A stretch of DNA of 64,000 nt, taken from Escherichia phage F13. The stretch's first letter is position 1. Each line of letters starts with the position of its first letter. A model generated the notes under the pieces. The model was not told the origin of the DNA. It made no database searches and saw only the letters and a list, made by a program, of their open reading frames with translations. The position numbers and the translations under genes are program-made. The stretch is taken from the sequence record OP745617. One strand, 5' to 3'. Shown here piece by piece: positions 7,262 to 16,102 of the stretch.

Positions 7262-7360
7262 TTATGCCGCAGCAGCGTGAATTATTGCGTAAACAATTCC
7301 TAACAGGGCGACAACGCAAACAGTGCCCCAAAATGCAAAGCGTCGTGCCTCTTTATCCAT
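7262..7360 (-). CDS. possible small membrane peptide (32 aa, MDKEARRFAFWGTVCVVALLGIVYAIIHAAAA)
   Basis: Single hydrophobic helix; GGTGG-like RBS; sits between two coupled genes. Confidence 0.25.
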   Translation of the reverse strand: MDKEARRFAFWGTVCVVALLGIVYAIIHAAAA

Positions 7361-7640
7361 TGTCCACCGCCCCAATATCCATGAAATTAAAAACCAATTT
7401 CGCCATTTCATCTTGTGAAATGACATTATAGTGCTTAGGCAAATCGCTTTCTGATAATACCTTCTGGGCTTCTTCTTTTGTCTCAAAGAGAGGGATGCAC
7501 CAGTTTACTGCTTCACCAGATTCATTACTGTCTACTTGCTTTAAAAAGACCAAGCGGTTATCTTCAGGATCAATGCCGCAGATGACGTATTTTGGCAATG
7601 CTTTTGCTTTTTGAGTCTTATCAATATCTTCAAATTTCAT
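7353..7640 (-). CDS. hypothetical protein (95 aa from ATG 7640)
   Basis: GAGGTG RBS upstream of ATG 7640. Confidence 0.5.
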   Translation of the reverse strand: MKFEDIDKTQKAKALPKYVICGIDPEDNRLVFLKQVDSNESGEAVNWCIPLFETKEEAQKVLSESDLPKHYNVISQDEMAKLVFNFMDIGAVDNG

Positions 7641-7721
7641 AATACACCTCACTTGTTAACGTATAATGAGTATAACTTAATAGCGCATAAAGTAAAGGCG
7701 CTTTTCAGCGCCTTGAGTGAA

Positions 7722-10031
7722 TTATTTTGCTGATTTCAGCGCGGCTATCTCTGCCTTGAGTTCACCTATCTGATCCATGAGTGCAAGAATAGCCTCGTGG
7801 TGCAATGCCGCTGCCACTCCGTAAGTGTCGACTGATTTGACATCCTTGACCACGGTCCCATCAGCCAGTTCCATATCACCTGAAACAGAAACGGCTTCTG
7901 GGAAATCAACCTCAACATCTTGAGCCACGAATCCAAAACCTACTTTCGCGCCGTCAGTTTTCAATCGCCATGACACGCCATTAATCCTTTTCATCTTGGT
8001 CAATGGGTCTTGAATCTTGACAATCTCATCCTTGATTCTGACGTCTGAAGAAGTACCCCAACCGCCAGCGCAAACAGCATTACCTGCTTGCAGGAATTGG
8101 AAATACTTGTTGGTGCCTACACCGCCAGCAGTAGTGGTCATTATGGTCACATCGCCATTACGCTCAGAATATACCCGACCATACGTTGCTGTGTTGGCAC
8201 TGTTCTTAAAATCGATGAACGATTGGTTGTTGGTGTTTCCAATGAACGTCGCTTGACCGCCGCGAGTTATCAACTGGCCTTTTGCATCAACGTTCCCAGA
8301 GCTGGTGATCAAGTTATTTGGCACAAGCAAGTTGCCGTTGTCGACAAAATCGAATGCCTGGCTGGCGGCAGTCGTCAAATTGGTAACGGTCAATCGCATG
8401 TAATAAGCGCCACCGATAACAGCGCGAATGCGCATGCGACCTTCAGCCTCAACAGCAGTCCCCACTCGATACTCCGACATGACGCTGCCGCCGTCAGCGG
8501 TCGTGCCTGGACCTGGCATTGCCGTATCGCCGTTTATAACAGACCATTGCGTATTCGCCGCTGTGAATCCACCGGATGCACGAATCACCCAAACGCCTGA
8601 AAAGTTGCGCGGCAATACTTCATCTGTTGCAAGGTTGTTACGACCGTAAGCTGGGCTTGAGTTAGAAGCTCTTAGCGCAACGCTTCCCAAAGAGTTCGCA
8701 CCAGAACTTAAAAGCGAAACACCTCTTACATATCGCGGAATGGTGAATCCTTCTCCATTGATGAATGCGCCGCCAGCACCTGCGACAACCGTTCCTGATG
8801 CTGGTTCACTTGCAGGGCCGGACCCGTGGAAGTTGATGTTGCCAGTGATGTTTGGCAGGAAGGATTCCATTATCATTCCGTCATTTGACGAGTTGCCGCC
8901 ATCGCCACGGGCAAAAAGTGCACGAACACTTCCTGTCTGAACGCCGTTACGGTCTGGAACACGGAATGTTGTTGTTCCGTTGCCTAAAGAATACTTTCCG
9001 CGCTTCAGCGGGTCAGCCAACCAATCTGCATCAGCAATAGGCGTAAGCATTTGCGCATAAGCCCAAAGCTCAGGCCAGTCTGCACGGTTAAGCAATTGTC
9101 CGTCGGCAACAACTTCATACGACTGAATATAGGCGCGACTGTCGCGCAGGTGAAAGTCACCAACGCCATAGTTCATTACGCCGTTCATGCTTGGGCCAAC
9201 GGTGCCAGTATTTACTAAGTTCTCAACCCAACGCTTCGTCGCGGCATCATAATCATTGACGGGGTCGCCAGCCAGTGGTGTTGAGCCTTGTGGACGAATA
9301 TTCAACCATGCTTGCGCATTGTCTGCTGATCCTGTGCCGCCCATGGAAGTTGGAACGATGCTCTGATCAGCAACAGGGCCAAATCCAAAGGCATCTTTCA
9401 TTCCCTGAATAGTCGTTTGACCTGTGCCGCCGTTTGCAATTGGAATTGTGCTTTGTGAACTATAAATTTGCGCCCAAGGCGACCATGAAGATGTTTCAGC
9501 ATTGTACCTTCTTTGGTACAAGTTATTTGAGTTGAATGTGGTGTATCTTTGAATGCAACTTTCCAAAGATATGGCAGTCTGCAGGACTTCCAATATCCCA
9601 GCTTCCAAGGCTACTGGATAGTTGAGGGATGTCTGCGCAGCAGCATTTGAATATTGGTAATATTGCCCAAACCAAGTTCCAGTCAAAGAGTTCAGATTTA
9701 TCCCCGACGGCAAAAGTCCAAAATTCCTGACAGTATTGGTCAAAGATGCGGCAGTTGTTCGAATGGAAAGCATGTCGCCTGCCGCCCATGCGCGCGCTGC
9801 AGTTCCTTCCTGTGCACGCTGCACAGTCAGGACGTTCCCAACCACGGCTGTTACAGTGATGATTTCAAATTGGAGGCCTGTTGCAGCGTCGACGATTGTC
9901 GCCACTACACGCTCGTTTGCACCCAAGGTCGGAAAGCCCGACCCTGAGCGGATTGTGATTGTGGTGTCTGAAGTCGTCGCTGGCTGAGCGAGCGCGACCT
10001 CAAAGTTGTTTTTGAATATTAGCCTTGGCAT
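7722..10031 (-). CDS. tail fibre/tail spike protein with C-terminal intramolecular chaperone (S74-type) domain
   Basis: 769 aa, Gly/Thr/Ser/Asn-rich; C-terminus has SDVRIKDEI…DGAKVGFGFVAQDVEVDFPEAV, typical of the auto-cleaving chaperone domain of phage fibres; GAGGA RBS. Confidence 0.7.
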   Translation of the reverse strand: MPRLIFKNNFEVALAQPATTSDTTITIRSGSGFPTLGANERVVATIVDAATGLQFEIITVTAVVGNVLTVQRAQEGTAARAWAAGDMLSIRTTAASLTNTVRNFGLLPSGINLNSLTGTWFGQYYQYSNAAAQTSLNYPVALEAGILEVLQTAISLESCIQRYTTFNSNNLYQRRYNAETSSWSPWAQIYSSQSTIPIANGGTGQTTIQGMKDAFGFGPVADQSIVPTSMGGTGSADNAQAWLNIRPQGSTPLAGDPVNDYDAATKRWVENLVNTGTVGPSMNGVMNYGVGDFHLRDSRAYIQSYEVVADGQLLNRADWPELWAYAQMLTPIADADWLADPLKRGKYSLGNGTTTFRVPDRNGVQTGSVRALFARGDGGNSSNDGMIMESFLPNITGNINFHGSGPASEPASGTVVAGAGGAFINGEGFTIPRYVRGVSLLSSGANSLGSVALRASNSSPAYGRNNLATDEVLPRNFSGVWVIRASGGFTAANTQWSVINGDTAMPGPGTTADGGSVMSEYRVGTAVEAEGRMRIRAVIGGAYYMRLTVTNLTTAASQAFDFVDNGNLLVPNNLITSSGNVDAKGQLITRGGQATFIGNTNNQSFIDFKNSANTATYGRVYSERNGDVTIMTTTAGGVGTNKYFQFLQAGNAVCAGGWGTSSDVRIKDEIVKIQDPLTKMKRINGVSWRLKTDGAKVGFGFVAQDVEVDFPEAVSVSGDMELADGTVVKDVKSVDTYGVAAALHHEAILALMDQIGELKAEIAALKSAK

Positions 10032-10069
10032 TTTACGGTCCTCGTTTTGTCGACAACCGTATTATAACC

Positions 10070-10411
10070 TTAATTTCTTTTGAGAGGAATATGACGGTGG
10101 CTGCCATTATTTGGTTTAATAATGAGCATAAAAACGATTAGAAAGATGATGGCTGATATACTTAATTCAATCAGCGCGGCTTGAGATATAGATTGATCTT
10201 CGTGATACTGCTTTTGCATTTCTGCTTTCTTCTGAGCGCAAACTTCAGGTGATATGTAATCGCCTTTTGAGTTGCCATAATAAATTTCGCCGTTTTCAGA
10301 AATCAGTCTGCCGCAAATATCCGTTTCAGCCTTTGCACTTGACATCATAATAACGGTGCCGATAATAGCGGCGATAGTCCAGATTAACAGTTGTGATAAA
10401 GTGTTGTTCAT
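10070..10411 (-). CDS. secreted/membrane-anchored protein (N-terminal signal peptide, C-terminal TM helix)
   Basis: ATG 10411 with AGAGG RBS; MNNTLSQLLIWTIAAIIGTVIMMSSAKA signal-like, C-terminal ALIELSISAIIFLIVFMLII helix. Confidence 0.5.
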   Translation of the reverse strand: MNNTLSQLLIWTIAAIIGTVIMMSSAKAETDICGRLISENGEIYYGNSKGDYISPEVCAQKKAEMQKQYHEDQSISQAALIELSISAIIFLIVFMLIIKPNNGSHRHIPLKRN

Positions 10412-10428
10412 GATAACCTCTTTAAATT

Positions 10429-10449
10429 CCCTTCCCATATCGGGAAGGG
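10429..10449 (-). other. GC-rich hairpin (CCCTTCCC-atatc-GGGAAGGG) in the 5' leader of gene 10070-10411
   Basis: Perfect 8-bp stem about 17 nt upstream of the start codon on the minus strand. Confidence 0.4.
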
Positions 10450-10607
10450 TGATAATTATTTTACGCGAAAGAATAGGCGCGTGCCACACAGCGAGTCCCA
10501 ACGGCCTTCACCATCCCATACCGACCCAACGCCAGCGGTGATGACACCAGCAGAATTGGCGGCATTGGCCCAGGCGAGTCGTTTCAGCTTCCAACTACAC
10601 CAACGAT

Positions 10608-10841
10608 TCACAGTTCATCTCCAGATTGCAGAACAAGTCCCGCATAGAGGATTGCCAAGGCCAAAGGTGCACCACCACCAGCCTCTCTATTCTCTTTGAT
10701 TTGAAGAGTATCCTTAAGGAATTGCAGCTGAACGTTGAATTCACTTTCAATTCCAAGCACTCTAGCCAATTCTTTTACAGAATCTGCATATGCCTTGTCT
10801 AGCACTTCTTTTGGTACTGTTAAGGTTAATTCATTTGCCAT
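10608..10841 (-). CDS. hypothetical protein (77 aa from ATG 10841)
   Basis: Start chosen at MANELTL…; part of the minus-strand operon. Confidence 0.45.
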   Translation of the reverse strand: MANELTLTVPKEVLDKAYADSVKELARVLGIESEFNVQLQFLKDTLQIKENREAGGGAPLALAILYAGLVLQSGDEL

Positions 10842-11052
10842 TTTCTTTCCACTCCACAAATGTGTTGCCGCTTGTTTCTCTGTTTAGCAGGTATCTGCCG
10901 CGCATCCCATGAAGGCTGAACTCAACCGTCGATGGATTAGATTTTGAAAGCCATATAGGCTGCCCGTCGAATGGACCGCCTACGCATGTATATTTCGCTT
11001 TTGGCTCACTCCTTTTGGGCCGTTTTGCCCGCTCTTTGATTGATAGTCTCAT
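10831..11052 (-). CDS. hypothetical protein (73 aa, basic N-terminus)
   Basis: AAGGTG RBS; overlaps neighbours by a few nt. Confidence 0.4.
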   Translation of the reverse strand: MRLSIKERAKRPKRSEPKAKYTCVGGPFDGQPIWLSKSNPSTVEFSLHGMRGRYLLNRETSGNTFVEWKENGK

Positions 11053-11267
11053 CAGTCTTCACCTTGAGATTCCAGACAAGTAAGGACAAGCCAAGTCATC
11101 GGAAGAATCAAAACCAGAGAAATGAGGGACCAGATAGACCAGCACAGGATGACAGACTTGAATGTGTGAACGTCGCCAAACGCAGCAGTAAAACAGAATC
11201 CCATTACAAATGCAATAGCGGTGGAATGGTTGTCTATGGCTTTGATGGCACGGTCGATGAGTTTCAT
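11052..11267 (-). CDS. small membrane protein (71 aa, two predicted TM helices)
   Basis: GGAGG RBS; hydrophobic segments AIAFVMGFCFTAAF and ILCWSIWSLISLVLILPMTWLVL; first gene of the minus operon. Confidence 0.45.
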   Translation of the reverse strand: MKLIDRAIKAIDNHSTAIAFVMGFCFTAAFGDVHTFKSVILCWSIWSLISLVLILPMTWLVLTCLESQGED

Positions 11268-11349
11268 ATTACCTCCGGTTTTGAGTTAATATGATTATAA
11301 CGCAGAGTCTCAGAAAGGCAAACTTTTTGTGAATTTTAATCAAAAAAAA

Positions 11350-11370
11350 TGGCCAGAAAAAAATCTGGCC
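11350..11370. other. Hairpin GGCCAGA-aaaaaaa-TCTGGCC in the divergent promoter region
   Basis: Perfect 7-bp stem with A-rich loop between the minus operon and terL. Confidence 0.35.
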
Positions 11371-11416
11371 GAAAGATCACCCTTTATCCACTACTAAGCT
11401 GGAATCATAATTTTAC

Positions 11417-11446
11417 TTGATATAGCTTGTACAAGCAAACTATAAT
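11417..11446 (+). promoter_or_regulatory. sigma70-like promoter TTGATA-N18-TATAAT immediately upstream of terL
   Basis: Hexamers read from sequence; the -10 abuts ATG 11447, so the real terL start may be the in-frame ATG at 11480. Confidence 0.4.
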
Positions 11447-12907
11447 ATGAATAAAATATTAACACATAATTGGAAATTCATGTACCAGTTGAATCCTGCT
11501 TTAAAAGAAGTCTGGAAGACAAAAGCGCGATACAAAGTAATATACGGCGGTCGTGCATCTTCCAAATCGCACGATGCCGCTGGTTTTGCTATTTATTTGG
11601 CGGCAAACTTCAAATTAAAATTCCTTTGCGTTCGACAATTCCAGAACAAAATTTCTGAATCTGTATATACTCTATTAAAAGACAAAATAGAGATTTCTGA
11701 TTTCAAAGATGAGTTCAATTTATTAAAGAACTCTATTGAACATAAAAGAACTAAATCTGAATTTCTATTTTACGGTATCGCACGTAACGTTGATGAAATT
11801 AAATCAACAGAAGGTGTTGACGTCCTTTGGCTGGAAGAAGCGCACGCGCTTACTGAAGAACAGTGGGACATTATTGAGCCGACAATCCGTAAAGAAGGGT
11901 CCGAAATATGGATCATCTTTAACCCCGATGAAGAGGCCGATTTTGTCTACCAAAACTTTGTTATGCGACCGCCGAAGAATGCCATTGTTAAAAAGATAAA
12001 CTGGCAAGACAATCCATTTTTGTCGCAAACGATGCTGGACGTTATTGCAGGCATGTACGAGCGCGACCCGAAAAAGGCAGAGCACGTTTATGGCGGCGTG
12101 CCGAAGACTGGCGGCGATAAATCTGTAATCAACCGCGCATTCGTTAAGGCCGCGCTTAATCTCCACAAACACCCTACGCTGGGATGGAGTTTGTCAGGGT
12201 CTAACCGTATAGGCTTTGACGTAGCGGACGATGGCGACGACCTTAACGCCACTGCATTCGTTACAGGAAACGTATTGCGCGGCATCAAGACATGGGAAGG
12301 TCTGGAAGATGAATTGTTAAAATCGGCAAGCGGAGTTTGGAAAGATGCGCTTACATTTGGCGCTTCTATAACTTATGACGCCATCGGTGTCGGCGCTTTT
12401 GCTGGTTCAAAATTTGATGAACTGAACGAGTATGCAATACATGAAAATCCATCATTTCCAAGAATCGAATTTAATGCGTTCAATGCGCAAGGGTCTGTTG
12501 ATGATCCTGATGACGTTTTTCTTGAATTACCACACGTTGAAATACTCAATAAAGACCATTTCGCAAACATAAAAGCGCAAAAGTGGACTGAAATTGCAGA
12601 GAGATTCAGAAAGACATACGAATATGCAACTGGGCAAGCCGTATATCCGACTGATGAGTTGATTTCAATCGACACCGATGGCATACCAGAACTTGGAATT
12701 CCAGCTTGGACTACTGAAGAGATTGAGACGTTTCTTTTTGAGATGTCAGCGCCGCGCAAAGATACGTCTGTTCTTGGCAAGTTCAAAGTTGAATCTAAAA
12801 AGGATATGGCAAAGCGTGGAGTCAAATCACCTAACAAAGCGGACGCGGCAATCATGGCATTAATGAAACCAATCGTTGCAGCATCCGGCTTCTTCTCTAA
12901 CCTTTAA
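11447..12907 (+). CDS. terL: terminase large subunit (alternative start 11480)
   Basis: Walker A YKVIYGGRASSKSH, Walker B-like VDVLWLEEAH, size 486 aa and position at the head of the morphogenesis module. Confidence 0.85.
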   Translation: MNKILTHNWKFMYQLNPALKEVWKTKARYKVIYGGRASSKSHDAAGFAIYLAANFKLKFLCVRQFQNKISESVYTLLKDKIEISDFKDEFNLLKNSIEHKRTKSEFLFYGIARNVDEIKSTEGVDVLWLEEAHALTEEQWDIIEPTIRKEGSEIWIIFNPDEEADFVYQNFVMRPPKNAIVKKINWQDNPFLSQTMLDVIAGMYERDPKKAEHVYGGVPKTGGDKSVINRAFVKAALNLHKHPTLGWSLSGSNRIGFDVADDGDDLNATAFVTGNVLRGIKTWEGLEDELLKSASGVWKDALTFGASITYDAIGVGAFAGSKFDELNEYAIHENPSFPRIEFNAFNAQGSVDDPDDVFLELPHVEILNKDHFANIKAQKWTEIAERFRKTYEYATGQAVYPTDELISIDTDGIPELGIPAWTTEEIETFLFEMSAPRKDTSVLGKFKVESKKDMAKRGVKSPNKADAAIMALMKPIVAASGFFSNL

Positions 12908-12910
12908 CAA

Positions 12911-13150
12911 TCAAAGCATTCCGTGCTGAAGGTCTAGTTTTCTTGCAGCAAATGACCTGGCACGGAATCGCTTACCCGCCCTTACTGCCTGCCGAATCTT
13001 CTTTTGCATACACTTACGGTCAAAATCGTTGCGGTCAACGGCTTCGAGTAAATCCCGACGCAAAGCACCTAGTGTCGCCTTTTCGGATAATTCTACGCCC
13101 AGCGCGGCTGCAACGTCTTTCAAAACATCGAGTTCGGTTAACGTTCTCAT
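12911..13150 (-). CDS. hypothetical protein (79 aa, basic C-terminus)
   Basis: Minus-strand ORF coupled (ATGA) to the 13147-13563 gene, wedged between terL and portal. Confidence 0.4.
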   Translation of the reverse strand: MRTLTELDVLKDVAAALGVELSEKATLGALRRDLLEAVDRNDFDRKCMQKKIRQAVRAGKRFRARSFAARKLDLQHGML

Positions 13151-13563
13151 TTGATAATCCCCTTGATGTCTGATTCTGCCATAAAGATTGGAGTGCCGCC
13201 GCCAGGAACAATCGAGCGCGTTACTTTGTCGAACATATCGTTTTCTTCAACTTGAATACGATAAAATTTATTCTTGGATGAAGATGGGCACAATTCCATA
13301 AATTTACCAATGCCGCGAACGCATTCATCTTCAAAGTATACTGTTTCACCTTGAATGGATTCGATGTTTTCAACCGGATACACCTTGCGACCTAAAAGCC
13401 ATTCATCCATGGTCGCCTGCAACACGCTTCTCGCATCCAAAATCCAAGGGTCAACTGTGGCACCTTCATATCGCGCAGCAGTGGCTTTTGCCAGCTCTTC
13501 ATATTCGCATACGTTTACTACTTCGCCTTGATGAAGGACGACAAATACAATTGTTGTGCTCAT
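13147..13563 (-). CDS. hypothetical protein (138 aa)
   Basis: AGGAG RBS upstream of ATG 13563; opposite strand to the flanking structural genes. Confidence 0.5.
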   Translation of the reverse strand: MSTTIVFVVLHQGEVVNVCEYEELAKATAARYEGATVDPWILDARSVLQATMDEWLLGRKVYPVENIESIQGETVYFEDECVRGIGKFMELCPSSSKNKFYRIQVEENDMFDKVTRSIVPGGGTPIFMAESDIKGIIK

Positions 13564-13658
13564 TTCAATCTCCTTTCGTTTGGTTAACTAAAATATAACT
13601 CAAAATGATACAAAAGCAAAATATTTTATGAACTATTTATGATTACTATACATATCAT

Positions 13659-13687
13659 TTGCTTACAAACACATGAATATTTATAAT
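13659..13687 (+). promoter_or_regulatory. sigma70-like promoter TTGCTT-N17-TATAAT upstream of the portal gene
   Basis: Hexamers and spacing read from sequence. Confidence 0.4.
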
Positions 13688-13725
13688 ATAGATTGATTCC
13701 CTTTCACTGTCAGGTGGCGTTAACA

Positions 13726-16101
13726 ATGAAAATTCTTGGCATAAAACTCTGGGAGAAGACGCGACCAGAAGCCGAACCAGCGGAGATGCCGCCAGGCGAC
13801 CCATTGGCACCGTTTGAACGCCTTGAAAGGCGCGGCAGCGGTCAACGCTGGGAAAAGACTGAAAGCAATCGACCGACCTTTAAAACGGTTGATGACTTCC
13901 CTTTATATGAGCCTGATATTAACGGGGACGGTGTTGCAATCATCAAAGGTCGCTCAGTAGATTCAGCAACCGTATCCAAAAAAGTTATGGATAATGCCTT
14001 AAAGAACATCAGTTCAGAAGGGCAGGTGAATCCATACACAGTGCCTATTCAGTTGCAAAACTGGTACTTATCGCAATCATTTATCGGATATCAAGCTTGC
14101 GCCATCATCGCGCAGCACTGGCTAGTGAACAAGGCTTGTTCCATGGTAGGCCGCGATGCGGTCCGTAAAGGCTGGGAAGTCAAATCCAGTTCTGAGTCGG
14201 AATTGTCAGTACAGGCCAGCGAACGCTTAAAGCAAATTGATAAAGAATTTAACATCAAAGAGCACTTAGTTGAAGCCGAACGATTCAAGAATATTTTTGG
14301 CATCCGCGTCATCATATTTGATGTGCGCAGTGATGACCCAGAATATTATAGCAAACCTTTTAACATCGATGGTGTGACAAAAGGGTCTTATAAGGGAATC
14401 ATTCAGGTTGACCCTTATTGGATGATGCCATTCTTGACGTCTGAAAACACTGCAGACCCTGCGTCACAGCATTTCTATGATCCAGAATACTGGGTGATCA
14501 GCGGACAGCGTTATCATCGCAGCCACCTAATCATCTTGCGCAACGATGAGCCAGCTGATATTCTCAAGCCGACTTATATCTACGGCGGCATTCCTCTGAC
14601 TCAGCAGATTTATGAACGTATCTATGCCGCTGAACGTACCGCTAACGAAGCGCCATTGCTGGCGATGTCTAAGCGTACAACCACGCTTCGGACCGACGTT
14701 GACAAGGCGATTGCCAATGAGCGGTCGTTTGCCGAACGTCTGATGATGTGGATTAAGTACCGCGACAACTATGCAGTCAAAGTGCTTGGTCAGAAAGAAG
14801 AGATGGACCAGTTCGACATCAACTTGTCAGACTTCGACAGCATCATCATGAACCAGTACCAGCTGGTGGCCGCAATCGCAAAAGTTCCGTCGACAAAACT
14901 GTTAGGGACGTCACCTAAAGGCTTTAACGCCACTGGTGAGTTCGAAATGGTCAGCTATCACGAAGAATTGGAGACTTGTCAACAGCACGATTTGACGAAG
15001 ATTCTTGACCGCCACTATAAAATCCTTTTGAAGTCTGAAGGCGTGGAAGTCGACGTTAAAGTGGCATGGGAGCCAGTTGGTTCACTTACTGCTACTCAGC
15101 TTGCAGAGATTAACGACAAACGAGCGAATACTGGCAAGACTCTCATTGATGCTGGCGTAATCTCCCCTGATGAAGAGCGCGACCGCATCAAGGACGACAA
15201 AAACAGCGGCTACAACCGTTTGCCGGAAGATGCAGCAGAAGAAACCCCAGGGATGTCTCCAGAGAATATGGCACTGCTTGGCAAGTCTGCTGGTGAAGTT
15301 CTGCAAGGCAAGGCCGATATTGAACAGGCCAAAGCTGATGTTGTCAAGATGGGCGGCCAGTTCTATAGCGAGACTGGTATTATGCCGGAAGGTGCCGCGC
15401 GTGGTGAGTTGGCGGAAAACCCTGACAGGGCACCAGTTGAGATTAACATGGATGATACCGATGACGAATCAAGCCATCACGTTGATGTCCTAACGCAACT
15501 GAAAGAAGGTCTGGAGGGTATTGCTGACTATTACCTTAAAGAAGGTCAGGACGTGGATTTTGACCCTCAAAAAGATGCAAGGTCGGTGCAACCGTCTACG
15601 CTTCCAAGCGTAAAAGGAAATGTCGTGAACTTGCGACACAATGTAGGGAAGATGGATGCTGCATCGCTGCCTAAGATGAAGTTGCACGGGATGATTCTTG
15701 GTATTGAGAATCCTCGCAACAGCATTCGCAGGGGTAACAGCCTTGATGGTGAATGGGCAGTTAAGATGCCGCACCATTACGGATTTATCAAAGGCACCAA
15801 GGGCGCTGATGGTGATGAAGTCGACTGCTTTGTTGGACCAAACATGAAGTCGCCTAAAGTATTCATCATTAACCAAAATGATAATTATTCTGGCGAATTT
15901 GATGAACACAAGTGTATGCTTGGATTTGATTCAGCAGAAGAAGCGAAAGAAGCTTATCAGGCGTCATTTGGTAACGGTTGGAACGGATTTGACTCAATCC
16001 ACGAATTGGATGTAAACTCATTCAAGGAGTGGTTGAAGGGTGATTGCTCTCAAGCATATGGAGCACTCAACAATCCTACTAATTCACCGAAGCAAGGTTG
16101 A
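13726..16101 (+). CDS. portal protein with C-terminal inorganic-pyrophosphatase-like domain
   Basis: Large ORF directly after terL (AGGTGG RBS, ATG 13726); C-terminal ~150 aa carry GIENP…HYGFIKGTKGADGDEVDCFVG…GFDSAEEAKEAYQASF, resembling family I PPase (IEIP…YGFIP…DGDPVDVLV…GWENAEAAKAEIVASF). The portal call is from position and size. Confidence 0.6.
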   Translation: MKILGIKLWEKTRPEAEPAEMPPGDPLAPFERLERRGSGQRWEKTESNRPTFKTVDDFPLYEPDINGDGVAIIKGRSVDSATVSKKVMDNALKNISSEGQVNPYTVPIQLQNWYLSQSFIGYQACAIIAQHWLVNKACSMVGRDAVRKGWEVKSSSESELSVQASERLKQIDKEFNIKEHLVEAERFKNIFGIRVIIFDVRSDDPEYYSKPFNIDGVTKGSYKGIIQVDPYWMMPFLTSENTADPASQHFYDPEYWVISGQRYHRSHLIILRNDEPADILKPTYIYGGIPLTQQIYERIYAAERTANEAPLLAMSKRTTTLRTDVDKAIANERSFAERLMMWIKYRDNYAVKVLGQKEEMDQFDINLSDFDSIIMNQYQLVAAIAKVPSTKLLGTSPKGFNATGEFEMVSYHEELETCQQHDLTKILDRHYKILLKSEGVEVDVKVAWEPVGSLTATQLAEINDKRANTGKTLIDAGVISPDEERDRIKDDKNSGYNRLPEDAAEETPGMSPENMALLGKSAGEVLQGKADIEQAKADVVKMGGQFYSETGIMPEGAARGELAENPDRAPVEINMDDTDDESSHHVDVLTQLKEGLEGIADYYLKEGQDVDFDPQKDARSVQPSTLPSVKGNVVNLRHNVGKMDAASLPKMKLHGMILGIENPRNSIRRGNSLDGEWAVKMPHHYGFIKGTKGADGDEVDCFVGPNMKSPKVFIINQNDNYSGEFDEHKCMLGFDSAEEAKEAYQASFGNGWNGFDSIHELDVNSFKEWLKGDCSQAYGALNNPTNSPKQG

Positions 16102-16102
16102 T

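Noticed and set aside
12911-13563. Calling the two-gene minus-strand pair a toxin-antitoxin system
   Set aside because: Only size and arrangement fit; no recognisable toxin or antitoxin fold or motif, so reported as a hypothesis only
15652-16101. Separate pyrophosphatase gene starting at the internal ATG near 15652
   Set aside because: The ATG has almost no spacing to the nearest purine-rich stretch and the frame is continuous with the portal ORF; kept as a C-terminal domain until tested
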